Shown here: positions 38,093 to 48,177 of the stretch, piece by piece
Numbering within the stretch: position 1 is the first letter of the stretch
How the letters are laid out: each line of letters begins with the position of its first letter
Source of the DNA: Pseudomonadota bacterium
Lineage (GTDB): Bacteria; Pseudomonadota; Alphaproteobacteria; Rhizobiales; JANQQB01
Direction of reading: 5' to 3'
Assembly (NCBI GenBank): GCA_038745065.1
Contig: JBCDLT010000032.1
Coordinates: forward strand, 1,225 to 65,224
DNA length: 64,000 nt
Position numbers and translations under genes: made by a program
The notes under the pieces: model-generated
Told to the model about the DNA's origin: nothing
Databases searched by the model: none
What the model saw: only the letters and a program-made list of their open reading frames with translations

Positions 38093-38845
38093 GTGGATAA
38101 TAAGGGCCCTGATGCATTCCGCACCATCAGCGAGGTCGCTGGCGATCTCGACCTGCCCCAACACGTCCTGCGTTTCTGGGAAACCCGGTTTTCGCAGATA
38201 AAGCCGATGAAGCGTGGCGGCGGCCGGCGCTATTACCGGCCGGACGATGTCGAACTGCTCCGCGGCATTCGGCACCTTCTCTATGATGAGGGATACACGA
38301 TCAAAGGCGTGCAGCGCATTCTGAAAGAACGCGGCGTGCGCTTTGTCAGCGAGGCCATGCAAGGTGCAGACGCGCCGGCAGAGGCGATTTCAGACGAAGC
38401 GCCGGCCCCCGTATCCCCTTCCCACGTAACAGAAGAGGCCCCCGTTGCAAGGTCTCAAGAGCCGCGTCAGGAGGCCGGTCCGCGGCCGTCGCAAGGCCCG
38501 ACAGCGGCGCCTGGCGCAAACGGCGCCGCTCCGGCGCCTTCCGCACAGGCCCCGGAGCGCCCGGCAGCCGCACGACCGGTGGAGAGACCGGCACCGACAC
38601 AGGCGGAAGCCGAGCCGCTTGACGAAGAGACCCCCAAGGACATCCTTCTCGACGATCCGCCCGATCGCAAACCGGATTCCCGCCGCCTGATCGACAAGAT
38701 CCGCGGAGTGCCGGACACTGCATCCGCATCCGATCCTGAAACGGCGTCCGCCTCGCTGTCGCGCGACGACATCCGTCGTCTGCAATCGACCTTGTTCGAA
38801 TTGTTGGAATGCAAACGCATTCTCGACCGCGCCCGGTCGGACTGA
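38093..38845 (+). CDS. MerR-family transcriptional regulator with Pro/Ala-rich disordered C-terminal half
   Basis: [66 protein letters not shown] is a MerR HTH. The position after ihfA is conserved in Alphaproteobacteria. GTG start with AAGAGGG upstream. Confidence 0.85.
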   Translation: MDNKGPDAFRTISEVAGDLDLPQHVLRFWETRFSQIKPMKRGGGRRYYRPDDVELLRGIRHLLYDEGYTIKGVQRILKERGVRFVSEAMQGADAPAEAISDEAPAPVSPSHVTEEAPVARSQEPRQEAGPRPSQGPTAAPGANGAAPAPSAQAPERPAAARPVERPAPTQAEAEPLDEETPKDILLDDPPDRKPDSRRLIDKIRGVPDTASASDPETASASLSRDDIRRLQSTLFELLECKRILDRARSD

Positions 38846-38967
38846 CGGATTCCGCGGAGACCGTCCAAGAGCGTTTCGTCTGGTACTTCGGATCCGGGGC
38901 TTCGGATCCGGGGCGAGGTGGCGGACCGCAGGGCAGGGCGGTCCGCGCTTTTGCAATCGGCTTGTGC

Positions 38968-41900
38968 TCAGACGAAGAGGAAGTGGTCCTCATCGAGTGT
39001 GCTCAAGAGTGTATCCTCAAGCGTCAGGCTGGACGTGGCGTCGAACGTGAAGACGACGTCCCGGCCATCCTGTTGAGCCAGATCCGTCAATTGCTCGAAG
39101 GTATCGACCTCCTCCACGTCGATTGCGATCACATCGCCGGGCCGGTTCCAGAACCACCATTGGCTGGCCGGCGCGAAGTCCGTGATGATGTCGTCGCCCG
39201 ACTGATAGAAAAAGACGTCCTCGCCGAGCCCGCCGGACATCAGGTCGTTTCCTTCCCCGCCCGACAATGTGTCGTCGCCTAGTCCGCCTTTTAGCCGATC
39301 GTCGCCGGCATCGCCTTTCAGGCTGTCGTCGCCGATGCCGCCGTCGAGATGGTCGTCTCCGGATCCGCCGTGCAGCGTATCCTCGCCGAAGCCGCCTTTC
39401 AGCTTGTCATCGTCTTCATCGCCCTTCAACAGATCGTTGCCGAAACCGCCGATCAGGTTGTCGTTGCCGGTGCCGCCCTTGAGGATGTCATCTCCGAAGT
39501 CGCCGCTCAGCCGGTCATCTCCGGAATTGCCATGCAGTTCGTCGTCGCCGAAACCGCCGGACATGCGATCGTTGCCGGCACCACCGGATGCAAAATCATC
39601 TCCGAACTTGGTGTTGATGCGATCGTCGTCGGCACCGGCCCGGATAACGTCATCGTCGTTTGTTGCCCGGTACCGAGACAGTGAGGCATCGGGCGTGTCC
39701 GAGACCGTGAAGTTGAAGGTCGACGTGTCGCCTTCTGCAATGCCTTCGAAGGGATTGCCGGCATCATCGACAAAGGCACCGTCGGAAATCTGCACGGCGT
39801 ACCGCGCACCGGCTTCGAGATGCGATGGGGGCGTCACGACGACTGTTTCCCCGTCGAAGGCGACGAACCGTTCGTCCGTGATGTCGATTTCGGTCACGGT
39901 GCCATCATCCCGGTTGACGAGGCGGATAAAGCCCGTGCCGGGCTCGACCGGTTCGGTGAAGAAAAGCGTGATCAGGTCCCCATTCGCGACATCGCGCCCG
40001 TTGTCGCCCGGTGTCGCCGAGACAAGGAACGGTGCAGCGTCGGCGTCGAAATCCACTTCACGCGGTTCGTAGACCGAGCCGTCGGTCGAATAGCCGAGAC
40101 GGCCGTCCGGGTTGGATCCCCAGGTAAAGATGCGCCCGTCGTCGGCCACAGCGATCACCGAGTTCGGACCCGTCTGGATTTCTACAATGTTGACGTCGTC
40201 GAGCTCTTCGATCTTGGTCGGGTAGAAGCTGGCGTCACTTTCCAGCGCCGGATCGCCGTCCAGCCCGCCGGTCGGGCCCTCGTCGTTCGGACCCCAAAGA
40301 TAGACATCGCCGTCTTCTGTCAGAACGGCACCCCAGCGGGCTCCGCCTTTGATGTCGATCACACCGTCCGGCATGTTCGGCAATTCGATGGGCGCGAGCA
40401 CGTCGCTCGGATCCGGCGTGAAGGTGCCGTCTCCCAGGTCGTCGCCCTGGAGCAATTGGCCGTTGCGGGATTCGCCCCACCCGAAGACCCGGCCGTCTTC
40501 GGTAACGGCATAGGAGGTCTTGGTGTCGGCCGTAATGGCAACGATTCCGTCCGGCAAGCCGTCGACAAGAATCGGCGTCTCTACCCGGCGCAACGGCGAT
40601 CCGTCTTCGTCGAGTCCATCCGGCGAGCCCAGTTGACCGTCGGTGTTGGACCCGAACGCATAGACCTGACCGTCTGCAGTCAGCACGAGCGTATACGAGG
40701 TGCCGCTGGAGACGGCGACGACCGTTTCGTCGTCGAGCGCCTCGATCTTGACCGGCACCAGCCGCTCGTCCCGGTCGCCGAGACCCAATTGGCCGTTGCT
40801 GTTGGTTCCCCAGCCATACAGGTCGCCGGCATCCGTAATGGCATAGGAAACGCCATTGCCGTTCTCGATCGCGATCACCGTCTCGTCGTCGAGCGCGCCT
40901 TCGATCTTGGTGGCGACGGTACGGGTTTCCTCGTCGCCCAGTCCGAGCGGGCCGTTATTGTTGAAGCCGAAGGCGTAGACGTCGCCGCCCTCGGTCAGGA
41001 ATGTCGTGTGGATCAGGCCGGCGGACACCGAGACGATTGTCTCGTTGAACCCTTCCGGCATCTCGACGGTCACCGGCGTCTTGATGTCGAAGCCGGTGAC
41101 ACCGACGCCCAGTTGACCGACGATGTTTTCGCCTGTCGTCAGGAGTGTGTTGGTGTCCTTGTCCAGAAAGACGGAAAAGTGGTTGCCCGCCCCGACGGTG
41201 GAGGCGACGGGCTGCGGCGCGCCTTCGTAGAATTCCACGGCACGCGGCCGGTCCAGCATGTCGTCGAATTGGTCGGAACCCAGGATCGTTGTCTCGCCTT
41301 CATCGAGAAAATCGCCGTCGGCGTTCAGGTCGGTAAGGGTGACGACGTTCCCGTCTGCCGTCAGGGTGACATTGCCGTCTTCGTCGGCCGCCACGGAGAA
41401 GCCGACGAAGATATCGAAGCCCTCCGGCATCGCCGACGCGTTCCAGACCTCGACCGCCTCTTCCTGGCGATCGATCGCCTTCGATCCGTCGCTGTCGGTC
41501 AGGCGGTAAAGCACGGACTGATCCGTGCCGGTCGGAAACCAGGTGAGTGTGTAGAGAGAGCCGTCCGGCGCGACGGCATTCGACAGATCCACCGGCGCGC
41601 CGAAATTCATAGTGTCGCTGATGTATTCCGTAACTTCGTCCGGCGAAATCGTGCCGTTTCCGTCCACGTCCTCGATCCGGTAGATCACATCGGGCTCGCC
41701 GCCTCCCAGATCGTTGAAATAGGCCACATCGCCGTCAAACGTGAGGTCGAACGGAACCGCCGTGCCGACGATCGTCTGGATATCGAGCCAGACGCTCGCT
41801 TCACCGGCATCGTTTGCATCCCCGTCGCCGTTGAGATCGACGGTCCGGTAGATGGAATCCGTTGGGCTGGAACCGACGCCGGCATTGGCAATGTAGATCG

Positions 41901-42273
41901 CGCCATCCGGGCCTTCGTATACGCCGTTTGGTGTGACCGTGGAGAAACCGCCGGCATTATCTGCGGAAAACCAGACGGCGGCTTCGCCCTCATCGTTGGC
42001 ATCGCCGTCGGCATTCAGATCCTTAAGCCGAAAGACCGCATCGGCGGACCCATCTCCGTAATAGACCGACTTGTCGGACGCCTGATGTACGGTAAAGACG
42101 TTGCGGGTGGGGTCGGCGAGCCCGGATGCATTGGTTTCGTCGAAAAAGACGGTCTGTTCGCCCGGATCCGCAGCGTCACCATCGCCGTTAAAGTCCTGTA
42201 ACAGAAACAGTTTATCTTTGCGTTGATCGCCGACGAGGATCCCTGTAACGCTCTGTTTGGAAATGCGGCCCAT
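38968..42273 (-). CDS. Large secreted multidomain protein: N-terminal Ca2+-loop propeller-like repeats, 7 RCC1 repeats, Ig-like domain, RTX nonapeptide repeats, T1SS C-terminal target domain
   Basis: Six DLN(A/G)DGDANDxGE-type loops (aa ~40-340). Seven RCC1-type blades (GQLGVG, NGPLGLGD, NGQLGLGD, DGQLGS, NGQLLQGD, EGPTGG, DGRLGY; aa ~375-755). An Ig-like segment ATPGDNG..V.....ITLFFTEPV.PG.G.I.L......VVVTPPS.L..G..Y.V.I. GGxGxD runs (aa ~885-1035). Terminal ...DEDHFLFV. Start chosen at ATG 42273 (GAGAAGGG upstream); ATG 42312 is possible. Confidence 0.85.
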   Translation of the reverse strand: MGRISKQSVTGILVGDQRKDKLFLLQDFNGDGDAADPGEQTVFFDETNASGLADPTRNVFTVHQASDKSVYYGDGSADAVFRLKDLNADGDANDEGEAAVWFSADNAGGFSTVTPNGVYEGPDGAIYIANAGVGSSPTDSIYRTVDLNGDGDANDAGEASVWLDIQTIVGTAVPFDLTFDGDVAYFNDLGGGEPDVIYRIEDVDGNGTISPDEVTEYISDTMNFGAPVDLSNAVAPDGSLYTLTWFPTGTDQSVLYRLTDSDGSKAIDRQEEAVEVWNASAMPEGFDIFVGFSVAADEDGNVTLTADGNVVTLTDLNADGDFLDEGETTILGSDQFDDMLDRPRAVEFYEGAPQPVASTVGAGNHFSVFLDKDTNTLLTTGENIVGQLGVGVTGFDIKTPVTVEMPEGFNETIVSVSAGLIHTTFLTEGGDVYAFGFNNNGPLGLGDEETRTVATKIEGALDDETVIAIENGNGVSYAITDAGDLYGWGTNSNGQLGLGDRDERLVPVKIEALDDETVVAVSSGTSYTLVLTADGQVYAFGSNTDGQLGSPDGLDEDGSPLRRVETPILVDGLPDGIVAITADTKTSYAVTEDGRVFGWGESRNGQLLQGDDLGDGTFTPDPSDVLAPIELPNMPDGVIDIKGGARWGAVLTEDGDVYLWGPNDEGPTGGLDGDPALESDASFYPTKIEELDDVNIVEIQTGPNSVIAVADDGRIFTWGSNPDGRLGYSTDGSVYEPREVDFDADAAPFLVSATPGDNGRDVANGDLITLFFTEPVEPGTGFIRLVNRDDGTVTEIDITDERFVAFDGETVVVTPPSHLEAGARYAVQISDGAFVDDAGNPFEGIAEGDTSTFNFTVSDTPDASLSRYRATNDDDVIRAGADDDRINTKFGDDFASGGAGNDRMSGGFGDDELHGNSGDDRLSGDFGDDILKGGTGNDNLIGGFGNDLLKGDEDDDKLKGGFGEDTLHGGSGDDHLDGGIGDDSLKGDAGDDRLKGGLGDDTLSGGEGNDLMSGGLGEDVFFYQSGDDIITDFAPASQWWFWNRPGDVIAIDVEEVDTFEQLTDLAQQDGRDVVFTFDATSSLTLEDTLLSTLDEDHFLFV

Positions 42274-42577
42274 GCCGTAGCCCTTCTCGGTGGGAGGTTT
42301 GTGATGGCGCATTCGCTAAAAAATATGACAAAAATAGTCAAGATTATTTCAGCCGACATAATGTCGCCTGCCGTGCAGCGTTATAAAATTCGAATGATCC
42401 CGACAAATCCCGGCATCGTTGCTCCTTGGCGGCCGATTCCAATCAAAAATTGATACAACCGAAACCTGCAACTTTACCTATTCGCAAGTTATGGCGCCTA
42501 TTATTTAGGCAACAGGGAAGCCGGAGAAAGCCAGCATCGATCAGCGCGCCCCTTTGGCGTGACCCTTCGGCGAATGG

Positions 42578-45193
42578 GTGGACTGTATGGAGTATGACGT
42601 CCCTGATAACGAGGCGGATCGCCTGCGCCATTTGCGCGGGCTGCGCCTGGTTGGGTCGCCGCAATCACCTGAGTTCGACGCGGTCGTGCGCCTTGCCGCG
42701 GATATTTTCGAATGTCCGATCGCGCTGGTCTCGCTCGTTGACGAAAACGAGCAATGGTTCAAGGCGCGCTGCGGCCTCGATGCCAAGGGCACGTCGCGGG
42801 AAGTGGCGTTTTGCACCCACGCGATCCTTCAGGACGATCTTTTTGTCATTCCCGACGCACGCGAGGACGAACGCTTTTGCCGAAATCCGCTTGTCACCGG
42901 CGCGCCGCACATCCGCTTCTATGCCGGATGTCCGCTTTCGATCGACGGCCGGCATGCCCTCGGTACTCTGTGCGTGATCCACACCGAACCGCTTCATCCG
43001 ACGCAAGCGCAAAGGGCTGCACTGCGCAATCTCGGCACGGTCGTTGAAGGGCTGATCCGCGCCCATGGGGCGGCGATCGAAACTGAAACTGCGATGCACC
43101 GGGCGCGTTCAAGCGATGCCGAACTCCGGCGCCACGCGGATCTCCTGGAACAGATTGCTGACGTGTCGGGCGTTGGCGGCTGGGAACTGGACGTCGACAG
43201 CCAGGAACTCACATGGACGACACAGACCCGTATCATTCACGAGGTGCCGCCGGACTTCCGGCCGGTTCTGGACAAGGCCATCGAATTCTACGCGCCGGAA
43301 GCGCGACAGGACATCCTCGATGCGGTTCAGCACGGTATGGCAACCGGTACGGGATGGGACCTCGAATTGCCGTTCATTACTGCAAAGGGGCGGCATACCT
43401 GGGTACGCGCCGTCGGGCGCCCGCTTTACGACGGCAACAGGCTGGTGCGGCTGGTTGGCGCAATTCAGGACATTTCCCGCCGGCGGGAAGCCGAACGCCA
43501 GGCCCGCGAGAAGGCCGATGAACTCGAGGTCACGCTAGCCAACATGAATCAGGGTGTGAGCGTGTTCGACGCCGACGGCCGGCTGATCCTGTGGAACCGG
43601 CAATACGTGGCCGTGTTCGAAAAACCGGACGGGGAAGTGTTCGACGGCGTGCGCTTCAGCGATCTCCTGCAGGCGGAAAAGGCGCGGGGCGAATTCGATG
43701 CCAATGTCGAGGACACGGTGTCCTACCTTCAGGCCCGCCTGTCGGAAGGCGAAACTGTCCGGTCCCGCTTCGCGCTGAAGAGCGGACGCATCGTCGCCTC
43801 GACCCATGCGCCGATGCCGGGCGGCGGCTGGGTCGGCACCCACGAAGACATTACCCAACGGGAACGCGCTGCCGAACAGATCCGCCACGCGGCTGACCAC
43901 GATTCCCTCACAAACCTGCCCAACCGCTCTCGTTTCAATGCCGAGATCGATATGCTGGTACGCATGGCGACCAATCGCGGCCAGGCCGGAGCCTTGCTGC
44001 TGATCGACCTGGATCGCTTCAAGGAAGTCAACGATGCGTGCGGGCATGCAGTCGGCGATGGGCTCCTCAAGGCCGTTGCGGGGCGGCTGCAGGCGGCCGT
44101 TCGTCCGAATGATTTTGTCGCGCGATTGGGCGGTGACGAGTTTGCCGTGATCCTGGCGTCGGGTTCCGGAAAGGACGAAGCGCGCTTCATCGCCGGCCGG
44201 ATCGTCGATGAGATTGCAAAACCGTTTTCGATTGAGGGCGCGCGCGTGGAAATCGGTGCCAGTGTCGGTGTTGCCTTCACCTGGCAGGCCGACGGCCTCG
44301 TCGACCGGCTGCTGACAAATGCCGACAGCGCACTCTACAAAGCCAAGCACGCTGGGCGCGGCGGCTTCCGGCTGTTCGACGAAGACCTGGAGGCCGAGGA
44401 GCGCGATCGCCGGCGGCTCGAACATGGTCTGCGCCATGCGGTCGCAGAACGCGCCTTTGAACTGAACTATCAACCGATCCTGACCGTCGACGGACAAACG
44501 CTTATAGGGCATGAAGCGCTGCTGCGATGGCAAGACGCCGAAGGTGCCGATGTCCCACCCTCGGTCTTCTTGCCGATCGTCGAGGAAATCGGTCTGACCG
44601 ATGCACTCGGGGCCTGGGTTATCGAAGAAGGAATAGCCTGTGCGGCTGCCTGGCCGGAATCCGAACGTCTGTTCCTGAACATTGCGTCCCGGCAATTGTC
44701 GGATCACCGGTTTCCGGCTTTCGTCAAATCAGTTCTGGACCGGTGGGGCGTACCGGCAACGCGCCTGGAACTGGAAGTCACCGAGAGCATTCTGGTCGAC
44801 AACGATACTGGAAAGCTGGAATGCCTGCGCCGTTTGAAGGATCTTGGTGTCACGATCGCGCTCGATGATTTCGGCACGGGCTATTCATCGCTCAACTGCC
44901 TGCAGCAGTTTCCGTTCGATCGCCTGAAGATCGACCGCACATTCGTTGCCGATTTCGAGCGTAACCGGCAATGCGCGGCAATCGTGTCCTCTGTCGCGAA
45001 CCTGGCCAACGGCCTCGGCATCGCCTCGACCGCGGAAGGCGTGGAAAATGCGGACCAGGCGATCCTGCTTGCTCTGGCCGGCGTGACCAACGTGCAGGGA
45101 TTTCACTTCGGTCGGCCGATGCCGGCGGAAGCGATTGCCGATTATCGACTGCAATTCGAGGGGTCGGCGTCGAACGGCGCGTTGGCGGGTTAG
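42578..45193 (+). CDS. GAF-PAS-PAS-GGDEF-EAL signalling protein (c-di-GMP turnover)
   Basis: An N-terminal GAF-like region (ER.RL..L..L......PE.D.....A..IF..PIALVSLVD...QWFKA..GL......R...FC.H.......VI.DA..D.RF..NPLV). Two PAS-like blocks. RLGGDEFAV (intact GGDEF). HEALLRW...LELE.TES...DDFGTGYSSL (EAL). Start at GTG 42578 or ATG 42587. Confidence 0.9.
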   Translation: MDCMEYDVPDNEADRLRHLRGLRLVGSPQSPEFDAVVRLAADIFECPIALVSLVDENEQWFKARCGLDAKGTSREVAFCTHAILQDDLFVIPDAREDERFCRNPLVTGAPHIRFYAGCPLSIDGRHALGTLCVIHTEPLHPTQAQRAALRNLGTVVEGLIRAHGAAIETETAMHRARSSDAELRRHADLLEQIADVSGVGGWELDVDSQELTWTTQTRIIHEVPPDFRPVLDKAIEFYAPEARQDILDAVQHGMATGTGWDLELPFITAKGRHTWVRAVGRPLYDGNRLVRLVGAIQDISRRREAERQAREKADELEVTLANMNQGVSVFDADGRLILWNRQYVAVFEKPDGEVFDGVRFSDLLQAEKARGEFDANVEDTVSYLQARLSEGETVRSRFALKSGRIVASTHAPMPGGGWVGTHEDITQRERAAEQIRHAADHDSLTNLPNRSRFNAEIDMLVRMATNRGQAGALLLIDLDRFKEVNDACGHAVGDGLLKAVAGRLQAAVRPNDFVARLGGDEFAVILASGSGKDEARFIAGRIVDEIAKPFSIEGARVEIGASVGVAFTWQADGLVDRLLTNADSALYKAKHAGRGGFRLFDEDLEAEERDRRRLEHGLRHAVAERAFELNYQPILTVDGQTLIGHEALLRWQDAEGADVPPSVFLPIVEEIGLTDALGAWVIEEGIACAAAWPESERLFLNIASRQLSDHRFPAFVKSVLDRWGVPATRLELEVTESILVDNDTGKLECLRRLKDLGVTIALDDFGTGYSSLNCLQQFPFDRLKIDRTFVADFERNRQCAAIVSSVANLANGLGIASTAEGVENADQAILLALAGVTNVQGFHFGRPMPAEAIADYRLQFEGSASNGALAG

Positions 45194-45413
45194 CCGATGA
45201 CGGTCGAGCAGAGCCCTTCGATGTTCCCGGCACCGTCTTCGCCCGGATTGACCGGGCGACCCAGGAGCCGCACCGGGGAAGTGCGGCCGGCTGGATCCGC
45301 GTGACAAGCCGTCGGAAGTCGGGCGGGGAGGGCGTCACTAGCGCCTGCTAAATACGGCGGAAATGGCAGACCGTTGCAACTCCAAGCCCCGCACGCCGAT
45401 CCGATAAACCCTT

Positions 45414-46655
45414 CTAAACCACCGGAACCACCCAATCGAAGCCGGCATCGAAACCCGGATGCTCGACAAGCTCTTCCCAGGTCAGGTCGCCATTGTCGTC
45501 GCAGAAAAAGGTACCGAAGGCTGCGCCTGTTTCGGGATCGCGAAACACAACGGCGCCATCGGCGCGGTTGGTCACCTCGACCGTCTCGCCGAAATCCGCC
45601 AGCACAAGGGTAACGCTGCCGGCGCCATCCTCGCTGAGCGAGAGCACGCACTTGCGCGCTTGACCGCTGGTATCGGCGTCGCCGGTGCGCACGATGAGCT
45701 GGTCGTTGCCCTCTTTGAAGTCGAAGGTTACCACTTGGGACGGCGGCACGGCGCGTTCGTTCAGCACGAGAACGTCGTCCCCGGCGCCGCCGGAAATCTT
45801 GGCGCTCTTGACGCCGGTGAGGTCGGCGTAGATGAAATCGTTCCCGCGCCCGGCATCGATCACCAGATCCGAGATTTCTTCGGCATCGAAGATGATCCGG
45901 TCGTCACCGCCCTCGGCAAAAATGTTTTGTGTTCGTCCGTCCGCGACAAAGGTCTCCGACAGGTTGCTGCCACGAAAGGTCAGGGCGTCCGCGTCCGGGT
46001 CTCCGGCATGGATCAGCGTGGGCGGGAGCGTTGGCCCGCCCGGTACGAGCGGCTCGCCATTCGGCTGGATGATGCTTGCCTTGATATCCTCAAAGGAAAC
46101 CGGCCTGCCATCTTCGTACTTGACCTGGACAATTCGCGATTGAGCAGGATCCAGTGCCGAGGAGACGAGGACCTTTCCATCCTCCAGATCCTCGACATCG
46201 ATCCTGTCGCCCAAAAAACCGGGAAACCAGATCGTGTCGCCGGACGGACCCGAACCGCCGCGCGGCGTATCAAAGATAACATGGGTTTCCGGCGCATCGT
46301 CTCCCGTTTCGGGGCTGGCAAGAACATAGGTGTCCGCACCGTTGCCGCCATCGAAGAGTTGCGGTTTGGAGGCGGCTGTGCCCAGGAATTTTGGATCGCT
46401 GTACAGGATGTCGTTACCGGCGCCGGTTTGGATCTCGCGGGTATTCTCGTCGGCGATCACAAGGTCTGAAAAGCGGGATCCCTTTACCGTCGGTGTATCG
46501 CTCAGGGCCGATTCCTGACCGAGGCGTTGGGAAATCTCCGCGAAAAAGATCTTGGCAAAAAATTTCAAGAAATGGCCCGGTGACCCAACGTCGTCCTCGT
46601 TCCATTCTTTTCTGAACCAGTATGGTTTTTTAAATCGATGATGAAATTTTGGCAT
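45414..46655 (-). CDS. Atypical RTX-like Ca2+-binding repeat protein without recognisable signal peptide
   Basis: Scattered degenerate nonapeptide motifs (GAGNDILYS, GGNGADTYV, EGGDDRIIF, GRGNDFIYA, GGAGDDVLV). ATG 46655 is preceded by GGAG. The 5' end and upstream region are AT-rich. Confidence 0.7.
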   Translation of the reverse strand: MPKFHHRFKKPYWFRKEWNEDDVGSPGHFLKFFAKIFFAEISQRLGQESALSDTPTVKGSRFSDLVIADENTREIQTGAGNDILYSDPKFLGTAASKPQLFDGGNGADTYVLASPETGDDAPETHVIFDTPRGGSGPSGDTIWFPGFLGDRIDVEDLEDGKVLVSSALDPAQSRIVQVKYEDGRPVSFEDIKASIIQPNGEPLVPGGPTLPPTLIHAGDPDADALTFRGSNLSETFVADGRTQNIFAEGGDDRIIFDAEEISDLVIDAGRGNDFIYADLTGVKSAKISGGAGDDVLVLNERAVPPSQVVTFDFKEGNDQLIVRTGDADTSGQARKCVLSLSEDGAGSVTLVLADFGETVEVTNRADGAVVFRDPETGAAFGTFFCDDNGDLTWEELVEHPGFDAGFDWVVPVV

Positions 46656-47062
46656 GTCTTCCACTCCATAAAGTTTAGTATAATCAGATCATCGAATTGG
46701 AAATTATTTTTGCTTTACTCATTTCTTCCAGAGTGCATGTGAAATTTGCTTTGATCAAGTGTCAGGTCAATGTTCATTGGGATTTTGTTGAGCAAGCAGC
46801 GCAGCGATCTGAGCGCCTCGAGGCGTGTACTGTCGCTCACTCCAAACGCCAGGAAGGTGACGGGCCCGTCTGACCGCCGGCGGGCCTTTCCGAGCCCGCG
46901 GGCTGTCACCGAACCGTGTGAAAACAGCGCAGCCGGCGAGGTCGAGACACGCGCTCGTAGAAGCCCGAGGTTAGACACGTGTATACTAACGAATTAGATT
47001 CGGCAGCCTTCGGTTGCCGCAGCGGCGTTCACGCAGGGTGACCGTCCGCAGGGAGTGGACGC

Positions 47063-48169
47063 ATGAGATCTGAGATGAGGGACGTCGAGACAGCGACGCC
47101 GGCCGGAGCGCTGCCGTCGCTTCGCTTCGATGCCGATGACTATCGGCCGACGGAGCGTTTCGATGCCATGAACGAGGTCTACCGCGGCCTGTTTAACTGT
47201 CGCCGTGTGAGCGGCGGGGACGACGGCGGCGACGGCCAAAACCCGACGCTCCGCCTCCAGGCCTGGTCGCTCGGCGCCATTGCTGCGTCATCGTTCGAGT
47301 TCGAAAATTTCACGAAGCAGCCAACCCGCCGGATGGACCCGCAACAGAGCGAGATGCTGATTTTCAGTCTGCTACGCTCGGGCCAGTTCAACGCTGAGTG
47401 CGGGGATGCGCGGGTATTGGTCCGTCCAGGACGCGTCAACCTGGGCGAGGCGCGATATACGCTGCACCGGACCGAAGCCGCGACGGGAATTGCGCTGCGC
47501 ATGCCAAGCGAGCGCGTTGGTTATGATCGGCGGCGTCATCCGCGGATCATGTCGCTTGGGACCGGTGCCGGGACCGTGCGCCTGATCAAGATGGTCATGC
47601 AGTCGCTCTTTGACGCGTTGCCGGTCATGACCCGCTCCGAAGCGAAGAACGCCGAACCGACCTTGATCGCCCTGTTCCGTGGTTTGCTGAGTTCCGGCAG
47701 GTTCGACGACGAAGCCCATGCGGCGATGCAGGCCGCCCGAAACGTCGCGATGAAGCACTACATCCTGACCCACTTGCGAGACGAGGACCTTGATGTTGAG
47801 CGGCTTCAAGCCGTGTTTGGCGCATCGCGGGCGACGGTCTATCGCGCTTTCGGAGAAGTCGGTGGCGTCGATCGGTTCATTCGGGACCAGCGCCTGGAAG
47901 CGGCTTATGACGCGTTGAGCGATGCGTTGCCGAAACGGGGCGCCGTCCGCATGATCGCCGGGGAATTCGGTTTTTGGGATCAGGGCGCCTTCTGTCGCGC
48001 GTTTCGCAAGCGGCACGGCGTCCGCCCAGGCGACGTGCTCGGTGCGTCCCGCTTATCGGACGAGTCGGCATCGAGGGTCGCAACAACGCCGTCGCGTCTC
48101 GGTGTGGTGAGCCTTGCGTCCTTCTGGTCGGCCAGCGGGGTTGGTGAACCGAACGCCAAGGCTGCTTGA
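47063..48169 (+). CDS. AraC-family transcriptional regulator (N-terminal AraC-binding-like domain, C-terminal double HTH)
   Basis: C-terminal ...HYILTHLRDEDLDVERLQAVFGASRATVYRAF...IRDQRLEAAYDAL........IAGEFGFWDQGAFCRAFRKRHGVRPGDV. Confidence 0.85.
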   Translation: MRSEMRDVETATPAGALPSLRFDADDYRPTERFDAMNEVYRGLFNCRRVSGGDDGGDGQNPTLRLQAWSLGAIAASSFEFENFTKQPTRRMDPQQSEMLIFSLLRSGQFNAECGDARVLVRPGRVNLGEARYTLHRTEAATGIALRMPSERVGYDRRRHPRIMSLGTGAGTVRLIKMVMQSLFDALPVMTRSEAKNAEPTLIALFRGLLSSGRFDDEAHAAMQAARNVAMKHYILTHLRDEDLDVERLQAVFGASRATVYRAFGEVGGVDRFIRDQRLEAAYDALSDALPKRGAVRMIAGEFGFWDQGAFCRAFRKRHGVRPGDVLGASRLSDESASRVATTPSRLGVVSLASFWSASGVGEPNAKAA

Positions 48170-48177
48170 CTACGCGC

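Noticed and set aside
39820-42201. A 793-aa plus-strand ORF opposite the RCC1-RTX gene.
   Set aside because: It is the same antisense artefact. There are no domain motifs, and the minus strand encodes RCC1, Ig-like and RTX modules.
46715-46997. Small ORFs (87 aa on the minus strand, 75 aa on the plus strand) in the AT-rich spacer upstream of the AraC gene.
   Set aside because: They have no RBS, they overlap each other on opposite strands, and their Arg/Ser-rich sequences have no motifs. They are treated as non-coding.
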